NCBI RefSeq assembly: GCF_964355755.1
Contig: NC_092680.1
Location: 12,347,045-12,411,044, forward strand
Source: Antedon mediterranea
Taxonomy: Eukaryota > Animalia > Echinodermata
Reading direction: 5' to 3'
Length of the DNA: 64,000 bases
The first letter of the stretch is position 1. The number at the start of each line of letters is the position of its first letter. The notes beneath the pieces were generated by a model. That model was not told where the DNA came from, did not search any database, and saw nothing but the letters and a program-made list of their open reading frames with translations. The position numbers were made by a program, and so were the translations under genes. Positions 14,395-24,800 of the stretch are shown here, in pieces.

Positions 14395-16104
14395 AGCTGA
14401 TCTATCTCTCTCTCTGTCGCTGATCTATCTCTCTCTCTCGCTGATCTATCTCTCTCTCGCTGATCTATCTCTCTCTCTCTCTGATCTATCTCTCTTGCTG
14501 ATCTATCTCTCTCTCGCTGATCTATCTCTCTCGCTGATCTATCTCTCTCTCTCGCTGATCAATCTCTCTCTCTCGCTGATCTATCTCTCTCGCTGATCTA
14601 TCTATCTATCTATCTCTCGCTGATCTATCTCTCTCTCTCTCTCTCTCTCTATGTTCTATCTCCCTCCCTGTCGCTGATCTATCTCTCTCTCACTGATCTA
14701 TCTCTCTCTCTCTCTCTCGCTGATCTATCTCTCTCTCTCTCTCTCTCTCGCTGATCTATCTCTCTCTCTCTCTCTCTCTCGCTGATCTATCTCTCTCTCG
14801 CTGATCTATCTCTATCTCTCTCTCGCTGATCTATCTCTCCCTCTCTCGCTGATCTATCTCTCTCGCTAATCTCTCTCTGGCAGATCTCTCTCTCGTTGAT
14901 CTCTCTCCCTGATCTCTCTCGCTGATCTCTCTCTCGCTGATCTCTCTCGCGCTGATCTCTCTCTCTCTCTCTCTCTCGCTGATCTCTTTCTCTCGATGAT
15001 CTGGTTCTCTCTCTCTTTCTCTCTCGCTGATCTCTCTCTCTCTCTCTCGCTGATTTCTCTCTCGCTCTCTCTCACTGATCTCTCTCTCGCTGATCTCTCT
15101 CCCTCGATGATCTCTCTCTCGCTGATCTGATCTCTTTCTCTCTCTCTCTTGCTGATCTCACTCTACCTTGATGATCTCTCTCTCGCTGATCTCTCTCGCT
15201 CTCTCTGATCTCTCTCTCTCTATCGCTAATCTCTCTCCCTCTCTCGCTGATCTCTTTCTAACTGATCTCTCTCTCTCGCTTATCTCTCTCTCGCTGATCT
15301 CTCTCTCGCTGATCTCTCTCTCGCTGATCTCTCTCTCTCTCTCACTGATCTCTCTCTCGCTGATCTCTCTCTCGCTGATATCTCTCTCGCTGATCTCTCT
15401 CTCTCTCTCTCTCTCTCGATGATCTCTTTCTCACTGATCTCTCTCTCTGATCTCTTTCTCGCTTATCTCTCTCTCTCTCGCTGATCTCCCTCTCTCGATG
15501 ATCTCTCTCTCGCTGATCTCTCTCTTTCTCTCTCTCGCTGATCTCTCTCCCGCTGATATCTGTCTCTCTTGCTGATCTCTGTCTCTCTCGCTGATCTGTC
15601 TCTTTCTTTCTCGCTGATCTCTCTCTCTCTCTCTGATCTCTCTCTCTCTCTCTCTCGCTGATCTCTCTCTCTCGCTGATCTCTCTCTTGCTGATCTCTTT
15701 CTCGCTAATCTCTCTCTCTCTCTCGCTGATCTCTCTCTCTCTCTCTCTCGCTGATCTCTCTCTCTCTTTCTCTCGCTGATCTCTCTCTCGCTGATCTCCC
15801 TCCCTCGATGATCTCTCTCTCGCTGATCTCTCTCTTTCTCTCACTCGCTGATCTCTCTCACGCTGATCTCTGTCTCTCTTGCTGATCTCTCGCTGATCTC
15901 TCTCCCTCGATGATCTCTCTCTCGCTGATCTCTTTCTCGCTGATCTCTTTCTCTCGCTGATCTCTTTCTCTCTCTCTCTCGCTGATCTCTCTCTCTCTCT
16001 CTCTCGCTGATCTCTTTCTCTCTTTCTCTCTCTCTCGCTGATCTCTTTCTCGCTTATTTCTCTCTCTCTCGCTGATATCTCTCTCTCTCTCGCTGATCTG
16101 TCTA
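1..16104. repeat. Satellite array of GCTGATCTA(TC)n monomers (about 17-45 bp, mostly 19-23 bp); continues beyond the left window edge
   Basis: Hundreds of GCTGATCTAT cores separated by variable (CT)n runs. From about 14870 the core shortens to GCTGATCTC and is more mutated. The array ends at ...cgctgatctgtcta near 16104. Confidence 0.99.
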
Positions 16105-16710
16105 TATTATTCTTGTATTTACTCTTACCAATTAATAAATGGTCGCTAATTAGAGATGTCTATAAGTAAAATGATCTTTAATTCGAGGACCAGTACAATT
16201 ACTTGTATTTTGTCACATATTTAAAACTATTTATTATTCTTGTCTTCATTCATCAAACCAAACAATGTAATGGTCGCTAATTAGAGGTGTCTTAAAGTAA
16301 AGTGATCTTTAATTGGAAGAAGACCAGAACAATTACTTGTTTTTGTCACATAATTAAAACTATTTATTATTCTTGTCTTTACTCCTACAAATTAATAAAA
16401 TGGTCGCTATTTGGAGGCGTTTTAAGTAAAGTGGTCCTTTATTGAAATTACAGTACAATTACTTGTTTTTTTGTCACATAATTAATAACTATATATTCTT
16501 CTTGCTTTATTAATACTAAATAATATAATGGTCGCTAATTGGAGGTGTTTTAAGTAAAGTGATTTTTAATTGGAAGAGGACCACTTCATTTACTTGTTTT
16601 TGTCACATTTATAAAAATTATTTATTTTACTTGTCTTTACCCATACTAAATAATATAATGGTCCCTAATTGGAGGTGTTTAGGTAAAGTTATCTTTAATT
16701 AGAAAAAAAA
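16105..16710. repeat. Tandem repeat, about 130-bp unit, about 4.7 copies
   Basis: Marker TGGTC(G/C)CTA(A/T)TT recurs near 16140, 16271, 16401, 16529 and 16659. Most units also carry TTACTTGT..TTTGTCACAT and TATTATTCTTGT. Confidence 0.93.
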
Positions 16711-16978
16711 AATAGTTTGGCATCATTAAGTATTATTAATCATTAAAAGAAGACAAGTGCATGCGCGATCAGAACCTGAATCATCTATAATAAAACGGCC
16801 GGTTACTACCTGACCGCTAATATTTCCCCGTACAGTATTCAATAGTGGACGCATTTCAATCTGTGGGTCAGACATTATTAAACGGGTTGGAAAGCATTAA
16901 ATTGTTGAAAAACGCCCGCGAACCCGTTGAAACATGCAACTGGACACTATCCAATGCTGAAAAGTGTCCGCCCCGGAC

Positions 16979-17925
16979 GCAATTTTTTTTTTCGTACATA
17001 AGTTGGGGACCCCTCATGAAACGTCACAAAATAAACATGAATAATTCATCAGTTAAATTTTTTGTTCCGTGTGTACCCAAGCGTATAGCAACAAGTGATT
17101 ACAACTGCGTCGCGATACGATTCTTTCTAGGCCTAGGATTCTAGGTCAATTCATGCGATTGCCTTCGCGCACTCTTCTTCACACACACACACCAACCTAT
17201 GCAAAAATGTGTCGAGGATAATCGACAGCTAGGCAAGACATTCAACTAAGTAGTCATTAGACATAGCCCATAGAAAGCTTAGACCCACCCAGAATGTGTA
17301 TAATTTGTGTAGTGTAATTTTTTAATTCTGCTATTTTATTATCAAACAATCAATATGCATGTAGGCTACTCAAAGGAACTTTAAAAATGCGCGTATAATT
17401 ATGAACACACGAGATGGAAAGATTAGAACCACAAGAATAAAAAATGTATTTTTGTGTAATATAATTGTTTAATTTTGCTGACTTATTACTCGGACTGGGT
17501 CATACCACACCGTACCTAACAGTAACACACACGTCACACCCACACAGACTACTACTAGTACTACTACTGTAGAATAACATGGGCTTTAGAGACTATACTA
17601 ATTAGGCCTAATAGTATTAATAGAAACTATAATTTTAACACGTAATTCTTTAGTAATACATTATATTAAAAACACTATCATAAACTAAAGGCTGATTATT
17701 TCGACAATCCACAGAAAACGCCGCTATTCTTTTATGAAATCGCACGCCGCAACCACAGCGGAGATAGGCCTAGAATCGTATCGCAGTTACACGACACAAC
17801 TCACTTCTTGTTGCTATACGCTTGGGTGCACACGGAACAAGAAAATTTAACTGATGAATTATTCATGTTTATTTTGTGACGTTTCATTAAGGGGTCCCCA
17901 ACTTATGTACGAAAAAAAAAATCGC
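16979..17925. mobile_element. Non-autonomous Mutator/MULE-like DNA transposon (about 155-bp TIRs, 9-bp TSD)
   Basis: Left end GCAATTTTTTTTTTCGTACATAAGTTGGGGACCCC is the reverse complement of right end GGGGTCCCCAACTTATGTACGAAAAAAAAAATCGC (one mismatch). Direct repeat GCCCCGGAC flanks both ends (16970-16978, 17926-17934). Long TIRs with G...C termini and a 9-bp TSD are typical of MULEs. Confidence 0.85.
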
Positions 17926-18524
17926 GCCCCGGACACTTTTGAATGCTGGACACATTTCAATCTTACACCGGCTTTTTAAGTGGGACTAAAATGTGTGTGG
18001 TACAGAACAAAATCAAGGTTAGGCCTCCACGAATATTAGGCAACTTTGCAAAATGTAACACGGCCTATTGTCGTTCGCTTATAATTATATTGAAACAGAT
18101 AGACTTCTGAAGATGATAGTTGTCTGCACTTGGATCAACTAACTGTACCTGATCTCTTTCATCAATATCATTTCATTCCAAGCTATGCACATATAACAAT
18201 GCAATCGCCATACGTTATATGCATGGCGATACAAACATATACAAACCTAACCGGTAAAACTTATATAGGCATACACACTCTTTTTTAACAGTGTCTATCT
18301 TCATTATATAATTAATAAAATTATAATTTAGAAAAACATTTCATGTGTTTCAATATATTGACTGGTTATCCGATAATTATTTATTCGCTCATATACCAAT
18401 ACAGTAGTAGGCTATAACAATAGAAATATAATACAATAATTATATAGACCTAATAACATAATACAAGTACCAAAACTCTAAATATTTCTGTTGAAAGTAA
18501 AAAAAAATAATATTTATTTTCCAT

Positions 18525-18596
18525 AGATTAGAGATTCGAACCCAAGCTAGAGCTGAGAGTACTCGAAACAGAACCTTAACCGTTACGCCATTCAGT
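18525..18596 (-). other. Degenerate tRNA-like / Pol III type-2 promoter remnant (SINE head?)
   Basis: Minus strand reads TGGCGTAACGG (A-box) ... GGTTCGAATCT (B-box). No convincing cloverleaf. Confidence 0.45.
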
Positions 18597-18738
18597 ACAT
18601 GCCTAAACCACTGATAATAGTATATTTATACGTGCTTCATATTACGTAATTTATCGTTACGATATAAATATGCATATTCATGACCGTCATCTTGAGGGAA
18701 TGAAATTGGTAGTGTATTAACTTGGTTATACACAAGAT

Positions 18739-18995
18739 GACCGATTAGCTCAGGTAACTAAGCGTCATGTTAGTAACACGAATGTCGTTGGTTCGATTCC
18801 CACGCTGGTCGGTGGAATAGAGTTAAATCTATGAGAGCAACTGTGTTTGGGGTTCACAGAATTATACGTCCACCTTTCCACCACACATCATGAGGCAATA
18901 ACATCAATGCATCAGGTGATGTGCTCAAAACGACCCCAAAAGGCTGTGACAGGGCCTTAGTGCTGAGGCAGGGAGAGCACACTTTTTGTTTTTCC
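18739..18995 (+). mobile_element. tRNA-derived SINE or tRNA pseudogene; head 18739-18811 resembles tRNA-Ile(AAT) but has AGT at the anticodon position
   Basis: GACCGATTAGCTCAGG...GCGTCATGTTAGTAACACGAATGTCGTTGGTTCGATTCCCACGCTGGTCG is a 73-nt cloverleaf-like sequence with A- and B-boxes but a mismatch in every stem. About 170 bp of body and a T-rich tail follow. Confidence 0.6.
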
Positions 18996-19099
18996 TTTCG
19001 CTACCTGTTGTATTACGATCTCGTAAATTTTATGTTTAGCGTCCTCAATTTTAATAAATTTTATTCGTTACGTGTTATTCAGATTCAGATAATATTTAT

Positions 19100-20125
19100 T
19101 TAGATAATAATGAATGAATATATACAAAATAGAAAAAAGATATTAAAGTGAACATAGATAAAGCAGTAATTGGTAGTCATTATTATCATGGATCCCTTCT
19201 AGAAGTTAAAAACTTGTCTCGTAGGGACCCACAACAAAACACATTACTAAAAAAATAAAAATAACCTAGAATATATAATTATATAATTTAGGATAAAGAA
19301 TTACAGTATAATAACATAACTAACATCTTCTTTATAAAAATTATTTAAATTATATTTCAATAGTTTCATGATAATTATAAATGAAATAACTACCGATATT
19401 GGTAAATGAAAAAAAAAATATGTATACATAAATTATAATTCATGTATATAATACTATATATACATTATATATAGTATAGATTAAAGATTGCAATAATAAA
19501 CAACAACTAATATTTTGTGTAAACATAAATAGTATATGAGTATAAATAATGAGAATAAGCATATTAAATAAGCAGTATAATATTTAGATATATAATGATT
19601 CTTTAACTTTTTTCGGAAAGTAAATAATTATATTGACGTTTTGATATTTGGTGGGATATGATTCCACAATTTAGGACCTGATATAGTTATAAAAAATTTA
19701 GTTTTAGTAAGTCTAGCAAAAGGAATGTTTAAATGAGAAGTTCTTAAATTGTAATTGTGAAATTTGGTACGTTTACAGAGCATATCAATCATAGAAATAG
19801 GAAGTTGGTTTTTAAAATAATTAAACATAAAACTGGCAACTTGAACATTGTGGATATCCGTTAATTTTAATATACCAAGACGTTTAAAAAGGGGTTCAGA
19901 TGAGGTTCTATATGGTGGAAAAGTAATAATTCTAGCTGCACGTTTTTGAAATTTAGTTAATCTAGCAATATTAAAAGAGTAATCTGCAGCCCAAATAATG
20001 TTACAATACTGGAAATAAGGAAGTACAAGTGTGTTATAAAGAGAAATTAAGATATTTAGAGGGAAGAAGTGCTTAAGTCTGTTAATAATACTAATAGATC
20101 TTGATACTTTTTTCGAAACGTAATT
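19100..20125 (-). mobile_element. LINE 3' fragment (CR1/L2-group ORF2 C-terminus plus 3'UTR), degenerate
   Basis: ORF 19628-19828 HNYNLRTSHLNIPFARLTKTKFFITISGPKLWNHIP and upstream LVLPYFQYCNIIW are typical C-terminal motifs of CR1/L2-group ORF2. A 3'UTR stem-loop-like segment lies near 19190-19230. Confidence 0.85.
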
Positions 20126-20269
20126 TTGTGTTTAGAAGACAATTTTTATATCTCACCGTTTAGTTTGGCATGTTGTGCGATGTTATGCAAAGGAGTTTGT
20201 GCAATTGTAGTGGGGTAGACGGTATTGTTGTTCATTCGCGGTAAACACGCCACATTGTTAAATTTTGAT

Positions 20270-20711
20270 TTTGTTAAATCTTTTACATTAGAAGATTATT
20301 ATTCTACCGTACCACATTATGCTGTATTTTGAAATATCCGTTTCATACAAGATATTTTGTACTAATATGTTATAAATAAATGTTTATGGTAGTTGGCGTT
20401 CTGGCCGCACCGTCCCAGAATAAATATGTTTTAAACATTGTAAAGATGACCTTTTATATAATTTCAAATCATGTAAAGTGATATTTTGTTAAGATAAAAA
20501 AAGTGTTTGCATTTTTTCTTAAAAGTTACATTTTGTTTGCCTATGCCCTTGTGCCTTTTTTCATATTTTTATTTATATACTGTTTTGTAACAGGGGGTTT
20601 CTACTTATAAGCTGTGCTTCAGAGATTCCCCCTTTCCATTCTTTTATTTTTGTAATAAATATTTAAGTTTTTTGTTGTGAATTGAAATAAAGAAACAAAC
20701 AAACAAACAAA
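20270..20711 (+). mobile_element. LINE 3' end with (AAAC)n tail
   Basis: Stem-loop-like AGGGGG...CCCCCT at 20592-20633, then AATAAA and an (AAAC)4 tail at 20693-20711. Confidence 0.6.
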
Positions 20712-21745
20712 GTCATTCCATATTTAAAAAAAACCACCTAAATTCATTAAGAAACGTATTTACAATGATAGATCTAAACAAGAATTCATTGAAAATGTAA
20801 ATAACATAAGCTGGAATGAAGTACTTGAACAAAGTGATGTAAACATAGCTTTTTCTAGTTTTAATAACATACTTAACGATTGTATAAACAGACATTTTCC
20901 ACTGCAAAATATTCGTACTCGAGCAAACAAGCTCAAATCACCTTGGATAACTGAAGGTATAGCCAAGTCAATCAAAACCAGGCAAAAGCTGTATGCTAGA
21001 TATAAAGCTTCGTCATCACCTTCACATTGGAAAAAATATTGTTGTTATAGAAACAAACTAAATAGTATTATTAGATATAGTAAACAAGAGCACTATAACA
21101 ATGTATTTGGTAAATGTGAAGGTGATATGAAAAGTACATGGCGCGAAATTAATAATGTAATGGGTAGAAAATAGAAAAATTCATTCCCAGCTAAACTAAT
21201 AAATGGTCAATGTGAATATACAAATGACAAAGAAAAAGCCGAAGCTTTTAATTCATTTTTCTCAAATATTGCAAATTCTTTTTCGAATACTCCATTCAAT
21301 GGCAATGTTCAACCTTACAATGATTTCCTTCAGGGTAATTTTCCTTCATCATTATTTTTCAAACCTGTATGTGAACAAGAATTAGTAACATACATAAATA
21401 ATTTAAAATCAACAGCTCCTGGTTTTGATAACATTGGTCCATATATACTAAAGATATGTCCATTGGCATTAGCTATACCACTAACATTCATAATGAACAT
21501 GTCTTTAGTAAAGGGTGTGGTTCCAAATGCAATGAAAATTGCTAAAGTTGTACCCATCCATAAAGGTGGTGAGGTCTCAAATATCAATAACTATAGGCCC
21601 ATCTCCATCTTGCCAACTATTTCTAAACTACTTGAAAGAATAGTTTATGATCAAACTATTTCATTTCTTACAAAGTTTAACATCCTCAGCAATTCTCAGT
21701 TTGGTTTTCGTTCCCAACATTCTACAATACATGCCATCCATCATT
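20712..21745 (+). mobile_element. LINE ORF2 fragment (CR1/L2-group tether plus N-terminal reverse transcriptase), pseudogenised
   Basis: Translation gives KSPWITEGIAKSIK, STWREIN, an in-frame stop near 21171, APGFDNI, KIAKVVPIHKGG, NYRPISILPTISKLLERIV and QFGFRSQHST, which are canonical non-LTR RT motifs. Confidence 0.93.
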
Positions 21746-21825
21746 CAATCCATAAGTTAGTTAGTTTATTTAAGTTGATCATATATCTGTCTTAAGTCAA
21801 ATAATAACTGCATTTGTTAAGTTAA

Positions 21826-24800
21826 GAGCCATTGTCTGTAAAAATCAAAGATTTGGTGGCAGATGTAAAAAAATGGATTTCTCTCAAATTTTTACCATGA
21901 ATAGACATTTCAATAAAAAGCATATCTACAACATTCATTTTAATTTTTAGCCTCCGTTGCCATGACAACGGTCAATTATCCAAATTTTGATGTTTTTGCC
22001 ATTTTTCACAGATTTTCTATAGTGAAAAAGTACAAACTTGTATACTTATTCTAACCAAAAATACTTACAGTATACAGTTTTTGTTTATAGCAGTGTAAAC
22101 AACATGTATTGAGTTCCATTTAATGTAGAAAAAAAATAAATTACAAAATGGAGTTTGGTTGATACCATTATTTTAAAAAGGGGTGTTTTTAAAAAATATT
22201 TTTTTTATAAAAGTATACCTCATAAACGTACCTATAACTTCCAAAGTGGTGTTTTTAAATCAATGAGGTTTTTTAATTTGATAGTCAATAGGTTTGTCAA
22301 CAATAATCACGAAAAAAACACTGGGGTAAATTTCGTACATAGGTTTTGTGTTGCCAGGAAAATACGAAAAATACAAAAAATATAACAAAATATCAACAAA
22401 CAAAACACATGAAACACAATTTAAATATGGCTAATTCAATAATAAAATGTATATATGGCTTGTCATAATGCTACTAGAGTCATACGAATAGTTTAGATAA
22501 AATAGGAGAATGTGTTGCCAGGTTTATTTCAATTAATTGCCAGAAAAACAGTATTTTGCATTAAAATATTTAGTTGATGGAAAATAATGTTAAACTTGGA
22601 AATAATTGAGTCAATGGTTTTTATAAATTTTTAAATCTATTTTGTGTAAAGAGATACAAAGACCTCCCAAAAAATCTGACCTTGTAAATAGGTCATTTGA
22701 GGTCAAAAGGGGTCAGAATGCAAAACAGGACAGGTCCCCACTTTACTACAACTATTAATGTTTGATCAAAATTTACAAGATAGTTCATAACAATTCTCAA
22801 CAATTTTTATATTTTACCTATAGTGTTACCTTAGCAACCATTTCTATGTGTAACTAAGGAAAGTAATTTAAAAAAAAAACGTAAAAAATGGCGTTTTTAT
22901 AAATACAAAGAATTGATTGCATTTGTAATTTTTCCCAATTTGACTTCTACTGCATTCCATTAATGACAAACTTGACCTTGTAAATTCATTCATTTTGAGG
23001 TCAACATTTTACCATAGTAACTGTTTCTATGCGAACATTTAAAAAAAATAAGGGGTTTTTCATAAATACAAAACATTTTTTCTACATAGTTTTACATTTC
23101 TACTTTTTGCCAAATTTACTTTAAATACTGAATCCTAATAATCTCAGAAAGAAAGTCTTGACGAATCTGAATAAAGGTAAAAAAGCGTTTAGTGTTATCT
23201 TAAACCTGTTTACGTAACAAATGATATTTAAATATGGAGTTTCATGAAAAAAAAAAAAATTTACATATTGAGGTAAAATGACATCAACGTTTTACCTATA
23301 GTGTATTGTAGCAACTGTTTCTATATGTAACTAAGTACAATATTTTTAATATGGGGTTTCATGACTACAAACAATTGAATACATAGCTTTACTAACTTCC
23401 CATATTTACTTATCTACTGAATCTCAGAAAATGTCTGACCTTGTGAAAGGGTCATTTGTTGGGTCAAGTTATGTCAAAATGTATTATTTATGTTATCTTA
23501 GAACCTGTTTCTATGCGTAACTAAGGATAATTGTTTTTTTAAATACAGTTGAACCTCCCGTAAGTGGCCACCCTCGGGACCTGGAAAAGTGGCCGCTTAC
23601 GGGCGGTGACCCCTTACGGGAGGTTCTGCCGATAAAGGGCCAAAATCACTTATTATACGATATTCTTAACGAAATGAGTGTCTCAATTTTCCAGCTAATT
23701 GTAGGCCTATTATTATTTATAATCAGGTGGTTTAGTATTTTTTAGCATTTTCAGACAAATTTTAAAAACTTTTATCATATGAAAAATGGTCGGTCAAAAT
23801 CTGTGTAGTTTTCTCATCTCTTCACAGTAATGTTTTTAAAACCTCTTCAAAATAAAGCTAATATATAAAGAAATACAATAAACATGCACCTCTAATTCAT
23901 AGGTCCATGCAATAAGTATCACATTTTTCGATTGGCCGCTTACAAAAAATCTCATTTTTAGTATAAAAAGGTGCCCGCAGCTGCCCACGGTAAGCACCAA
24001 ATGCACTAATTAGATAGGAAGAACAAACAGGCTTTTCAAAGTGCGTCCGTTAAGGGAGGTGGCCGCTGTAAATAAAATATGGGGTTTTCATGAATAAAAA
24101 TAATCACAGAAGAAAGTGCTTACGAATATGACCTTGTGAAACGGTAATTTGAAAATGCAAATAAGGCATGCCTGCTAATAATCTACAAATTTAAATTTGT
24201 ATGAGATAAATATGCAAAATCTAAAGAATATCTCATTTTTAGTTACCATAGTAACTGTTGCTATGCATAACTAAGGGAAATGAAATAATTATCAGATAAT
24301 TATTAATTAATAATTAATAATGAATCCAACCATCACAGTAAAAAAAATATAGAATTTAAAACCAATATTTAATAATAAAGTGTGATATTTTACATGCTGA
24401 CCTTAAATGAAATGAAATTTCAAATCAGGGCTTCAATATTTGTTATGTAGCATTAACATACCTGAGTATATCATTGACTTTTGATTGGTTCTATTTTGGG
24501 GAGGGGAAAGTGGTGGATCAAGGACTTTTAAATAGTTAGATGGTTGAAGGCGAGGGTCTAAAAACTTAACTTTATGTCCTATCTTTTGCATTGCAATTTT
24601 TAACTTGGGGTGGGTGGGGGCTTGGAGAAAGGGGGAGGGGTGGGATGGAGTGGGATGGAGGAGTTTGAATCCGTCTATTCATTGGGGCGATGGTAGCGGC
24701 AGTGTGGGTGGTGCTTGAATGCATGCATTTGACACTCTATAGTGGATGATCGACCAAAGTGTTGCTGTTTATCTTTTTGTGGTTATAGTCGGGGTGGGGG

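Noticed and set aside
10496-15844. SL-rich and RE-rich ORFs in the satellite
   Set aside because: They are translations of (CT)n/(GA)n repeats with no gene structure.
1-16104. CRISPR-like repeat-spacer appearance
   Set aside because: The spacers are only (CT)n runs, the DNA is eukaryotic, and there are no cas genes.
18739-18811. Functional tRNA-Thr(AGT) gene
   Set aside because: All four stems have mismatches, the D-loop is abnormal and there is no nearby T-run terminator; it is better explained as a SINE head or pseudogene.
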